DNA from: Geosiphon pyriformis uo1
Lineage: Eukaryota; Fungi; Glomeromycota
Assembly: GCA_016748015.1 (NCBI GenBank)
Contig: JAAOMT010000057.1
Span: 547,536 to 611,535 of the forward strand
Reading direction: 5' to 3'
Length of the DNA: 64,000 nucleotides
Shown here: in pieces, positions 13,672-26,859 of the stretch
How the letters are laid out: each line of letters begins with the position of its first letter
Position numbering within the stretch: the first letter of the stretch is position 1
The notes under the pieces: generated by a model
What the model was told of the DNA's origin: nothing
Databases searched by the model: none
What the model saw: only the letters and a program-made list of their open reading frames with translations
Translations under genes and position numbers: made by a program

Positions 13672-14747
13672 TTAACTCAATAAGTTTGAGATCATCATAT
13701 GACCTCTACGTTCCGGCCCTTCATCTTCCGAGTTGCCCCCTTTTTCTGATAGCGCCTCATTTGATGAATCTGTTATTGGCGGTGAAGGAATGGCCTGGCG
13801 AAAATTCTGAGGAAAAACCGAGTAACTTTCAGTTAGTGGAACTTGTGTAAATGGTTTTAACACACAATGTGTCGTGAGTGTGGGTTTTGTATTGGTGAGA
13901 AGTGATACTGGTTGGGAAAGGAGGAATTGGGGTGAAGCTCGACTATTTGCTTTTCCAGCATTTTTATCAAAAGTGCTATGTTGAATAACGCCCTCGTTAT
14001 CGACCATCATATTATTGGGGGGTTTCAGAATCCCTTTTGGAATCACATGTTTGAGTGGTGGAAGCCGCGTACTTCCAACTGCTAAAGCCTTTCTATCACT
14101 CTGATTCGTGTCAGTTCTGAGAGGCGGAAGAATAAGTAAAGAGTTTGGTTGATATGATTGATAGGAGCGTTGGGATTGCAAGCTTATTCGCCTTTGCAAG
14201 ATGGGAGAGCCACAGGGAGTCGAGTTAGTTATCACTGCACCTTCTTTCAGTGTTAACGGAGATCGTTGTATTGATGTTCGGTTTGGGTCAGTTAAGGATT
14301 GACCAGAGGATACTTGCGGCTCCCGTAATGTAAGATGAGTATGCCATAAGTTTGTAATTCTTCCAATTCCGATTGATGAACTGTTGAATTGATCTGACCG
14401 ATTTGACGAAGAAGAAATGCGACCCCCACTTGGTTCAACAAAACCATAAGTTGCTCTCTCTTGGCGAGTCCGTTCTTCTTGCTTACGTTTCGCACGTCGA
14501 TTTTGGAACCTTTGAACATTTTCGCAAATTTTTACTTAATATAATTGTTCTGATTATATGTACTTTCTTGTCAATAAGTCTCAGAAAAAATTCAGAATTA
14601 CCAAATATGTACGCTTTTACTTGGCATCCTCAAAACTTCAGCGATACGCTCACGAGTAGCGGCATCAGGAAAATCATCGTGTTCGAAAAAAGACTCGAGA
14701 TATTGAACTTGAGTGGGAGTTGTACGATGCCGTTGTTGATTACTCAT
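13672..14747 (-). CDS. Homeodomain transcription factor (2 exons)
   Basis: Exon 1 (14747-14602) reads MSNQQRHRTTPTQVQYLESFFEHDDFPDAATRERIAEVLRMPSKSVHIW. The intron is 14601-14510. Exon 2 starts FQNRRAKRK and continues into the Ser/Pro-rich ORF ending at 13672. Confidence 0.93.
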
Positions 14748-15567
14748 TTTTCACTAAGAAGAATAGAAAAGGTTTAGACGGTTCCGTTTTACTATTATTA
14801 TTATTATTATAGATATATATCTATAATTAAAGAAAAATAAAAAGAAGGTGAGGGTTCGTGCGGACAAAAGTTGATGATTTGCCGAAAAAAAAGACGCTTT
14901 TTAGGCGCGACGAATAGTAAAGGGATTACGTGGGTTTTTATCAGTTTTCTCGTGTCATTATTAATTTACGTAATCTTTGGGTAATATGATCAATCACGAA
15001 TCCATCTACTAAATCCAAAATATATCGATTTTGTTGTTAGCAGATTACCAAGTAAAAAATTGAATATTTTGACGCCCAATATATTCTCGATTTGTTGGGC
15101 TAATTGACAATGTGTTTAATCTATAGAGCTATTTCTTTTGATAAAATTTGTTCTTTTTCTCCACAGATTAACTTTTCTCGGGACTTTTTATTTGACATGC
15201 CCAATTTACGTCAAAACTCTAATCAGATCATGGATCAAATTGGAAATTAATGGAATGATTAACAGAAAATTCTCGATATTCACATATTTTAATTAACTTG
15301 ATGCAGATTTTCCCAATATGATCAAAGGTTTAATTTTCGCTTTTAGAATAAATCAAATTAAGTATTACCCTAATTGGGCTGAAACACGCCCAAAAAAGGT
15401 TAGCTGCTTCAATTACTCTTACACATGACACAATCAAGATTTTTTCAATCAAGTGACCTTTGATAAACGGGTGTACTTTCACAGATCAATAGAAGTTATT
15501 AATCCAAAGTGAGAATTATATTTAGCTTTGATCATCCGGGACTTTCCTTGGATCCTCTTTCTTTGCC

Positions 15568-16930
<1,363 letters not shown>

Positions 16931-17295
16931 TGTAAAGATAATTGATAAAACACAGATAGAAAAGAATTTGAAAATCATTCTTTAATAAAGGTCAGATCCA
17001 GAGTCTTGATGAATCCCCTTAGGAGGTGTTGGATTCAATTGGAGGTTTTCAATTTTCAAATCAGAGATCGCTTTGAATTTCTACCCATGCATTTGCTAAA
17101 TTTGGGTACAATACCTGATAAGCTAAACGCGATCTATTACCTGTTAACATCTGATCAACAACATTTGTGATGGCCTATCATCGTGGGAATTTTGAAAGTT
17201 TGCAACCACTTCTATAATGTAGGGAGTTAAATCGATTAATGATCGACCATTCATAATATGTTCTTGAATTTGTTTACTCTAAATTTTGTTTCATC

Positions 17296-20200
17296 ATGTC
17301 TCACTCTAATATGGGTTTGCAAGTTGGCGAAGATAAATTGAAACAGCTTCTTGAAATGGTACTTGCAAAACTCGCTTTTCGGTTTAGCGTTGTCCGAGAA
17401 TTAGATACGCACCTACAAAGCGCTAATTTAGTAGCGCTTTTCTTTGCTTTCAAGGGTATTGCGGAAGAACAGGCTGTGAATGCACTTCGGGTAATTTTAA
17501 ACAGATAAAAAGTCGGGATCCCTTAATTGTGGACGATTTTAGAGTTGCACGCTTTTGAGTTTCTTGGAGGCTGCCAGTACTTGACGCGTCTTCCATTCCA
17601 TGTAGCAATTTGATAATGATATAGACCGTGCAATTGATTATATTTTCTCACCCACTAATGTGGATGATCGGGTATTATTTTTCTTTTGGCTTAATTTCCT
17701 CTCAACGTGAGTCGTGGGATCGCTTTTCTGATGAATGAGTTTATTAGCTTGCTTTAAACAAAGTCGACGCTCCAGATCCAATGAATACTGATTACCCAGG
17801 TTGGCAGACTTCCACGCCTCGGTCAGAGAGTAAGTTAGCTTCCTTTTATGTGCAATACTCCTATGGAATTTTGCTTATTAAATCTAGAACAGTGATTCTG
17901 TACAAAGCACAATTCAACATTCCCGATGGTGCACCCAATAATCATTCTACCATAGACTTGACTCAAGATAATTCCGGTAAGTGTCGCGTACACAGGTGTC
18001 TACTTCGCTTTGGACATAATTACATGATATTCGATTTTCGTCCATTTCCTTTTTATAATATGAATGCCTAGAGGCGTCAATTAAGGATCAACAGGACGTC
18101 CAAATGCAACAAAGTCTCCTAAAAAGGTTGGTTGATACGACCTCACATTCAACCACTACCCAGGACGAAGGTTGGGGAGAGATTCCTCTTACTGTGGCAA
18201 AGGCTGCTCAATTGGTATTTTAGCAAATATTTTTTCCAAGCTTTTAAATAAAATTTGCTTCTTTAATTTTTGCTCTTTCGGCTATTTACGCTTGATGATT
18301 GCTTTAGGAAGACGTGGATGTAAGTTATAAAAGCAGTACACAACAAAACCTTCCCTGGCCCATGATCTCGCGGTATCGGACTGACCCAGAGAATCCTTTG
18401 CATCGCACAAGGCTTCAATACACGTTTGTTTAAATCTACTTTATTAAAATTTTTCAGCATATCTCCGAAATATTATGCAAAAGGTCCCCATATTTTATGT
18501 CTAAATTACTATAATTATCAGGCCAGTTGGACTGAGAACACCTAGAGAACATCAATTCGCAACGTGTTTTATACAAGCTTTTTTTCATATACCGCTATTT
18601 CGTGCATCTGTACTGTCATGTCGACCAACCCGGGAAAATTGGGGCAACGTAGAGGGGTATTGGAAAGGAACTGCCTGCGGCCTCTCAAACGAAAGTGATA
18701 ATTTCAGCCAAACCTTTTCGCAATATGGGTTTCGACAGTCTAGTTATACTCGTATGTAATTCATGAGTCTCATTTTAATTTTAGTGATTAACTTTGTAAT
18801 TCCTCTTGAAACGATAGTTGTGCATGAGATGCAAAAACTTTTTGCGTTTCTCTTACTGAGTGACAGAAGCTATGGTGATGCCAGCTATGTTATCGATGCT
18901 GTAAACCCTCAAGTGAAAAGTACTGGTTGGCATGCTACATGGTTAGATTTTGTTGGAGGTTTGTTCCAGTAGCTTTAGGTTTATCTCTATCAGTGAAATT
19001 CTTTGATAACAAATGAACTCAAACTCTTTATTAGAGTTTTGTAAGACCTTAGCTGGCAAATTGATACAAGCTATAAATTACAGCGATCTAGATCATGAGA
19101 CCAGCAAGATTCGTCCTGAATTAATAGGTTATATTCTTTCATTTGAAGAGTAAGTCAACCTTGAAATCTGAAATTTAAAATTTTAGTTGGTGAATACATT
19201 TTTCGATGTTGAAAATCTTTGTAATCATTTTATTGTAGCATATTCACCTCCTACGTCAGGGTCCCTCCTTTTTACGACAGTTATTATCCTTCCCCAAAAC
19301 TGGAACGTGTCATAATATCCTTTGAATTTATTTTTCAATATTATCGTGATCTCATTCCTCGCAATAAATTATACCTTGACTTTTATTTTAATGGACGAAA
19401 CAACTTGGAAATTTCATCTCACAACAATCTTTATGAAGCTTTAGATGAAATTTTGAACAAACCCACCGAAAAATATTTTTTTTCCGATCTTGCTAAACTC
19501 TTAATCTTGCGGGTGATTCCCAAGGACTTGTCTGATAATATAGGTTATCCTTATTCAGATAAGTCTTTCAAGCTTGACAAAGAAATCTATGTAGATCGAT
19601 ACTTGGAAAAAAACCGGGACCAAGTGATTGATTGTTGCCGAATGATAGAAGAATTAACGGGAAAAATTACAACAGCTAAGCAGGCGATTGAGAGCATAAC
19701 ACAATTTGAGGTGAGTTATTGAATAATTATTGTTCTTGATTCGAGTTCTTAATACTCTTGTGATAAGTTTTGATTAAACTACGAAAAGGGGAATTCTAAT
19801 GGTCCGGAACTCCTGCAAAGTTGCATCGAATATTATCAAAAGAAGCTTGAGGCTATTGATCCAAACGACACTCAAAGTATTGAGCAAATTAACAGGACTA
19901 TCAACTTTTTAAAAACAAACAAGGAGCAGGCTGAAGCCAAGCTTAATGGTATTACTGATATCGGAAATTTACTTGCTTCAACATTTACTAAAAGAAATAT
20001 ATTTATCATTCAGAATATTTGGCTGAAATTGAGGATTCTCAGAATCGCCTGGCTACGATTTATGATATACCAGAATTACAGCAAACTCTTTACCGCCTTC
20101 GCGCTGTATTAATATACGATGGAGAAATTGGCGAAGGTCATTATTGGGCCTACGTGTGGGTTACAGGTGGGGAAACGGAGGAAGAGCCTGAAAATGGCTG

Positions 20201-21797
20201 GTGGAAGTTCTGTGATACGACGGTGACTAAGGTAGTAAAAGAAAAGTAATCAAAAAAGTCAAAATATTTTCATTTTTTATAAGTGCTGCTTGCAATAGGT
20301 GACTGAGGAGGAAGTCTTCAGAGATGATGTTGGAACGAATATTAACGCTAGCATCTTCGCGCTCCTTTATGTAAATGCCGAATATGATTTAGCAATACCC
20401 ACCAAATCTCTTATTCCGTCTTCGTTAAGGGTACGTTTGCCTTATTGTTGGTTTAGACAAACTTCCCATACTCATTTAATCTTATATCTGGGTAATTATA
20501 GGAATTCGTTGAGGCAGATAATGCTGCCCTTCAACAAGAATACCAGGATTACAAAGAAAAACTGCGTGAAGCACCCCCCGAGTACTCTGCTATTGATCGA
20601 CCTCTTAAAACCGATAACGAATATGCTTGGGATTTTGATTCTAACATGCGTCAAGATTCTTCCTATTCTATGGACAACAACCGCAAGCTTGATTTAATTC
20701 AAGAGCAAGTAAAAAATATGCGCAATATCAATCCCATGATTTTGGAGAGGTGACTGTTTATTTGACGCTTTTACATTTTGGGATTCCTTATTAAAAGACA
20801 ATTCTTATCAGGTTTGAGATATTTTGCGCAAAGATCCAAAGGGATGACATAGTCCAATCCTTAATAATGAACTATCTCGACCCCAACCGAACTGTAAGTT
20901 TTAGTTACTAAATTTTAGGAAAATGCCATTTTAAAACAATTTGCAAAATATTTGCTTTGTGTTCATGAAAATATAGGTCAATGAACCCTCATGGGATTCT
21001 CCGCTCCCCTTGGATTCCAGATATAAGGAGGATCCCAAATTCCAAAGCATAATAATGGCTTTTGAACAATACGCTAATATCACTCAATGGCTTATCAAGA
21101 GCTTGGAAGAAATGAATAAAGATCAATACAGGATGGCTTTTGATTTCTTTCTAGAGACATTGAAATTGGAAAATCTTTGGCTTAGAAACATTCAATCCCC
21201 AGATGAACAAGGGAAGATCCAAGTGAATGACGTTGAAAGCATCAAACGTGCTCATTACATTATTGAGTACGCAAAAATATGTTTGAAGGGGAGTTGTTTT
21301 CGCTCACTTGAGGATTTAGGATTCAAAAACTTATATGTTGTATATATTTTTTAACAATTTCGTTTTATATTCTTTCGAAAATTTAGGTTTTGCATCAACG
21401 AGCCCTTGAGAAGGCAAACGCTGAAGCTAGTCTGAGTGATGCAATCAAAGATGCACTTGTAGTTTTGTGGAATCTTATCAGATTGGTTGGTCCAGAAGAC
21501 GTGAAGAGCGATCACCTATATACAGCTATCAGTGATGAATGGCTCAATTTCGCAGAAGAGAGAGATCGGGCCGCACCAGGAGATACCCAAGAAGATATTC
21601 GACAATTAATTGATAAGTTTATTGACCCTGAAACTTTGGTTATCCAATCATCCTTGCTCAATGATGAACAAATCGCACTTTCCCCGGTGCTAGAGGATGA
21701 TAACATCCCATTGCATAAGCGATATGAGGAAGCGCTAAGAAACTGTCAACGATCTTTTGGGAATGAATTATATAATGGAGATACTTTTTTGGATTAA
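17296..21797 (+). CDS. UBA-domain USP25/28 (Ubp2/Rup1)-like ubiquitin hydrolase-fold protein, probably catalytically inactive; multi-exon
   Basis: N-terminal UBA-like LKQLLEM|GIAEEQAVNALR|..DIDRAIDYIF; Cys-box equivalent PVGLRTPREHQFATCFIQAFFHIP; IYVDRYL; His box YRLRAVLIYDG..GHYWAYV..WWKFCDTTV. Confidence 0.8.
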
Positions 21798-22135
21798 GCA
21801 AGTCATTTTTTAGGTAATGTGTGTCTTGAATGTTTTTTCCTATGAGGGCGTCGATCCTAATTCTAGCTATTGGGGAGTAGAGATATTTATATTCTTTTCA
21901 ATTCACAAAGAGAACAATAGATCAGACCGTGAATATATGGCGGTATTAAAAACCAATGGGTGTTGAGAATTGAAACACGACTAAGATCAAGTCTTATTTT
22001 AGTAAATCACTGATAAAATGTCATTCTCCCGGAATTTAGATAAAATTATCTGCATGCATTGGATTTATTTTGATGAATTTTGAGGCATGCCTCAAAGGAT
22101 TTTTTGAACAATATTTATTAGGTTCGTGCGTGTTA

Positions 22136-23218
22136 TCAGATACCACTTGTCCCGTCTGTACTTGATCCAATGTCAGCGGAATTCGCAGCAGCGTATAGCT
22201 CATTTTCCGCGACAACTGACTCACTTTCTTTGATTCTCGTTAGATTTTCGACATACAGTTCTGCATCCTTCGTCAAAGCATCTACATTCAATTTGGCCAA
22301 AGCAGTAGCTTTGGCTTTTTTATATTCTGGATCAGCGTATATTACCCCTTCTTCAACCTCAACGCGTTTGTAATATTCAACAAAAGCTTTTCTTAATGCG
22401 GAATCACGCAACACCGCAGTCCGTTGTAATGAAGCTCCTTTTAATCTCCCTAAAATATATTCCTGTCGTCTAGTAATATCATTCAGTATCTCGGCTTCGG
22501 TCCGCATGTCTTTTTTGTTCATGTACAAAACAATACTGGTGCAAATAATGAAAGCAAGCCGACGATAGAAATCAGCGGTTGTGAAGTGATGTTCTTCAGC
22601 GGCTGTTGATATCAACAAGCTTATATCCAACGTGGTAAATGTGTAAATGTCAAATGCCGCGCAAACAACTAGAAAAACAACACAATAGATACGCCAATCT
22701 TGTTTCCGCTTGAGCATTGTAGCCAAGCCTATTATCGTGATCATTGTTACGTAGGATGCTGCGAGTCCTGGAAGAATAAAGTACAAGTAGTCGGTTGCTT
22801 CACGACAGTAATTGCATTCTATTAATGCTTTTTGTCCGTATGTGACATAGAAATATTTATTTTCAAAAGAGCCTAATTTTTTGATAAGGGTGTCAAGTTC
22901 CGGTGGTGATAAAGCCAACGAGGTTTTTTGTTCAGTTAAAAGGGCTTTCAAGTGACTAGCGGGAGTCAGTATCGACACGTTGAGCTTCTGAAAAATGTTG
23001 AAGGGTAGAGCGAAGAAAGCACGATGAAAATGATAAATGATAGTGGAAATTAAAAGAGTGGAAACGCCAAGTTCTGCTTTGGTGAAAGGACGAGAGGGCT
23101 GCTTCGTATCAAGATGTTGACTAGGGTTTGCTCGACGACGAAGCCATTCTGAAACTTTTTGTAGGAGGAAAGGAAGCGAGAGATAGATTAGAAGTTGCAA
23201 CAAGTCTCGATTAATCAT
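22136..23218 (-). CDS. Uncharacterised multi-pass membrane protein (360 aa, single exon)
   Basis: Intact 360-aa ORF with several hydrophobic segments, a CxxC motif (ECNYC) and a helical C-terminus, in gene-like composition. Confidence 0.85.
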   Translation of the reverse strand: MINRDLLQLLIYLSLPFLLQKVSEWLRRRANPSQHLDTKQPSRPFTKAELGVSTLLISTIIYHFHRAFFALPFNIFQKLNVSILTPASHLKALLTEQKTSLALSPPELDTLIKKLGSFENKYFYVTYGQKALIECNYCREATDYLYFILPGLAASYVTMITIIGLATMLKRKQDWRIYCVVFLVVCAAFDIYTFTTLDISLLISTAAEEHHFTTADFYRRLAFIICTSIVLYMNKKDMRTEAEILNDITRRQEYILGRLKGASLQRTAVLRDSALRKAFVEYYKRVEVEEGVIYADPEYKKAKATALAKLNVDALTKDAELYVENLTRIKESESVVAENELYAAANSADIGSSTDGTSGI

Positions 23219-23581
23219 GGTAAGCTTTTTTTTTGAAAGACTTGAGTGAATGCTTTGCAGAGACTTAAAGAGAGAAGATAAATGTGAGTAACAAGGAAAA
23301 AGTTTTAGGGGATCGTGTCACAGTTATATTATCTTTAATTGCATTTATCTCGATTTGGATGTTGACATGTTTTTACTGGAAAAACTAGTACAATTATTTC
23401 TGTTCAAAAAGTCCGATGAAAATTACTTGTCTTTTTAACTTGACAGTTTTATTTCCAAAGTCCAGTCCGAAAGCGATGAATTTTATTTAAATTCTTCTCA
23501 AAAAAATGTCTTAAATTCAGCATTATCTGTGAAAGTCTTTAGGTAGAAATTAAAGAAACAGCAGGTAGTAAAAGTGAATAT

Positions 23582-24715
23582 TTAATTCTTTGACCCATCA
23601 AATTTTCTTTCAATATTGCCCCAATAATATTCTCGGAGAAACCAAGAAATGCTATCTGCCAAATCCGTGATAAACTTGTCTGAAGCACCTTTTCCTATAC
23701 GTAATATGCTTGGAAGTTCTAATTGTATCGCGTCAATTTTGCCTCCATTCGATGAACCATAGTTGCGGACAGAATAACCCCCACTTAAATAAAGTTCTTG
23801 GGCGGTGGGAAAATGATGTGCTTGAGAAGGCACAGCGTCATAGCCAAACATTTGTAAACGACCGCCCAATGAAAGGATGTCAGCTCGAAGTAGAGAAGTG
23901 AAGGTAATTTTAGCTTCAGCCATTCGGTGAAAGAGCGCTCTTATACTGGACATCTGGTGAATTGTGGTGTTTGTGTTTAGCGTATGAACCGGAAGCGCTA
24001 ATATTTTTGCTGATAGAAGGTATCCTACTTCAATATAATTCTTTTGATGTGCATGGCCTATTCAAAGGTTTTATTAATTCATTTTAGAGCAGTTACAATT
24101 TTTAAAAATTGAGGTTTTAGTAACTGAATTTATACCGTGTAAATCAATCACCAATCCTCTACCGAATCGACCCTCAACCTCTTTAACAGCAGTTTTCATA
24201 AACTCATGATAATCCCTCCAAGCAATTTGAGAATCCGAGGGTGACGACTTTGAAGTTCTATTGCTATCGGTACCTTGCTCAAAAGGTCTATTCACATCAA
24301 CCTTTCTCCGATGCAAATGATTAACAACCATATAAACTGGTCGACCAAATTCATACAACATTCTTTCTGCAATTGCACAACCTATCTCTTGGGTGTTATT
24401 ATCATTGAATATATTGACACTAGAATCAATTTTCTCGCGATTTGGGATGTGTTCTGGAAGTTTGTGACCTCCATGTGGAATACTGATTATCAGCGGTATG
24501 TGGCCTCGGGTAAATTCTGTGTAGTTTTTGTGGCCAAAAACGCTAGTTGAAGAATTACAGGTCGAGGAAAATTTTTCAAATACGACCTGACTACCACTTT
24601 CTGTTTCCTCGGGAATCATGTACAAGAGAATTATGACCGTCACTATAATAATTGCTAATAAAAATCTTGACCGAAGAGTTGGCTCTTCTTGGCCAATTGT
24701 GACATATTTAGTCAT
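23582..24715 (-). CDS. N-formylglutamate amidohydrolase-like Zn-hydrolase with N-terminal signal anchor (2 exons)
   Basis: IISIPHGG, HRRKVDVNR, YH, DLHG|HAHQ, SGGYSV and DAIQLELP motifs; intron at ~24058-24135; hydrophobic anchor at residues ~18-33. Confidence 0.85.
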
Positions 24716-25076
24716 ATTATTTGAAATTTTAAGTATAGAAATTTTTTAATTCTTTTATAATGGAAAAATTTTCTCAAGAATCCTACTCTGAATGAGAAGC
24801 TGAATGGGAAAAGTCGATGTTTATATATACTTTGTTTCATTTATAATAATAAATGGTGTGAGAAAACTTTTTCGTGTTAAATTTTTAAGCCATGATTATA
24901 TAAACGCACGCGCGCAAAATCACCGTGGGAATCACCTGATTTAACAAGGAAATTTTTTTACCACGTTTGCTGATGCATAATCTAACACTCAATATCTTGA
25001 TTCTCACGCAGATGCTCCTTTATTAATAATTTGATCAAGAATCTCACGAATGGATTGTAATCAATAATAGGCAATA

Positions 25077-26321
25077 CTAAGCAACGCCTATTATCTCCTG
25101 CACGACCAAGGCTCCATCACCGGAGGAGGATACCCCAAACGGCATTTTCATCTCTATATATCACAACCCCACAATCCCAGCAGTTGTACACTTGGGACCC
25201 TCCAATTCTTTGGATGTTGCCACATTGACTGCAAGTCTTGGATGTGTAAAGCTTCGTTCTGGATAACACAAACCCTTAATTCCTCGGCCTTGCTGATCAG
25301 CCCCAATAAAGCATTTCCCGGAGTTTTTCGTGTAATCTTTCTTAACCGTGTACGACACTTTAAAAGAAGGAATAACAATGGCATCGAATTAGCGAGTAAA
25401 GAATCTAACCGATTTTCGGGTGAATTTCATTTTGTAGACGTATAACTTTTCACAACCGAAAAATCGCCTTATCGAGTCGCCAAGCCATTTTATTCTTTCG
25501 TTTTGAGGAGGATACTAATAACTTATACATTTTGCAGATAAGATCATCCAAGTACTTGCAAATGTGAACTATACGTCAATAGAATATTCGCCAATCTTAC
25601 CTACACCTTTTGTGGGAGAGTACTATGTAAAAGATGTACAGACTCCAGGATCAATAGAGACTGCATAAACAGGGCCATCCGCTTGGGTTTCGGGGAGCTG
25701 TTTTGGCGTCTCGTATACTCAGGCAAACTTTCTCTCATTGGTTTTGCAATAGTAAGTGAGCTTGCCATCCGACATTATCTTGCGAGGAACGGGCCACCTA
25801 TTATTATGCCACAAAGCACGCTTATCATTATTCAGAATAGTGGTAGGCTTATAACGATGTGTAGCATCGACGGATTATAGAGATGAGTGACATAGAAATG
25901 GTTCCATGTGGATTTCGAGAAATTCTGTCCACAAATTGTCATTTTTGACCCAGGTCTTTTCGGGATCAAAATGATAGAGTGTGCTGATAATTCTTGTTGA
26001 TTCGCATTACGCTCAATTAGCAATCAATCCTCATTGATTATATTCGCCGTGCATACCCCGAAGCAACATTCCGAGACACACAACAGTTCGCATGAACTTG
26101 CGCTCACCCGATATTGCAGCTTTCGGGAGTTTCTCGTCTTCGTGTTCATTAGCGTCTTTTCCGATGTGGGAACTCTTGGTATAAAAGCGGCGATATGGAC
26201 TCCAATAGACAACAGTATTATAAGCAAACCTCGTCAAGCCTAGCCACTGCTTCAAGAGCTGCTTTTGAGGATGGTTCGAATACACCTTGATTAATAGTGT
26301 ACGCTTGAGAATATCTTCCAT
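25077..26321 (-). pseudogene. TnpB/Fanzor2-like RNA-guided nuclease pseudogene
   Basis: N-terminal HTH LIKVYSNHPQKQLLKQWLGLTRFAYN; F*SRKD (FRSKK-like); RuvC-I SIDPGV (D at ~25652); RuvC-II QNEA-YTSKTCSQCG (~25255); Zn ribbon CWDCG; RuvC-III RDENAVWGILLR (~25150). Several frameshifts and stops. Confidence 0.92.
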
Positions 26322-26740
26322 CTTCTGACGTTTGCGACGAGCTGCTGTCGTTTTTCCCTTGGGCTTTTAACCTGTTCTGACGCTCTCGTCGATGGCAGGC
26401 ACCTTCTTCCTTGGATGCAGCAGATAAAGACGGTGTTGATGGCAAGAATGTCTTGTGAGAGTTCCTACTCGCCGAAGGTCGCATGGCCGAAGAGAACCAC
26501 GAGTTTTGTTGAATGGAAAAAAAGATATATTGGAAGAGGTCGAAGGCAAATCGGCAAAGTCTATCACGGTGGGTGATTGCAATTTCCGAGACCATTCCGC
26601 AGCTTGTTCGTTTCAGTATGCTCTTAAGTCCCGAGCGTTTGAAATTAATACCTGATCCGACATCACTGAGGAGTTCGTAGATTAGCAATTTAGAGTAAGA
26701 GTTGCTTTATTGCGCTAAAGACACGGGTGGTAATATCAGC
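26218..26740 (-). pseudogene. IS607-type serine recombinase (TnpA) pseudogene
   Basis: TRVFSA (degenerate RVSS), SDVGSGINFKRSGLKSIL, HRDRLCRFAFDL and, after a frameshift, ELSQDILAINTVFICCIQGRR. No N-terminal MerR-like HTH is recognisable. Confidence 0.9.
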
Positions 26741-26859
26741 ATTTTGAATAGTTCGCGATTTTGAACCTGATTACTAAGCAACTGATTAGTATTTTCATTG
26801 ATAGGCATTTTCATAGGCGCACGGGCTAAGCATTTTTCTCTCTTTTGTCGCTCGTCACC

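Larger units (their letters stand above)
24990..26825 (-). mobile_element. Degenerate IS607-family element (TnpA serine recombinase plus TnpB/Fanzor2-like nuclease); ends approximate
   Basis: Tandem, overlapping TnpA and TnpB-like frames in IS607 order, with motifs shared between the two ends. Confidence 0.88.

Noticed and set aside
13672-14747. Homeodomain gene as part of a mating-type (HD1/HD2) locus
   Set aside because: No partner HD gene, phosphoglycerate mutase or HMG/tptA/rnhA neighbours are visible; the flanks are the SET gene and TRM8.
14403-14777. 124-aa plus-strand ORF and other antisense ORFs in the island
   Set aside because: These are shadows of real genes on the opposite strand and carry no motifs.
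25077-26740. Bacterial contamination or an active Cas12/TnpB gene
   Set aside because: The region is contiguous with spliced fungal genes, has multiple frameshifts and a degenerate TnpA catalytic motif, and no CRISPR array is present.
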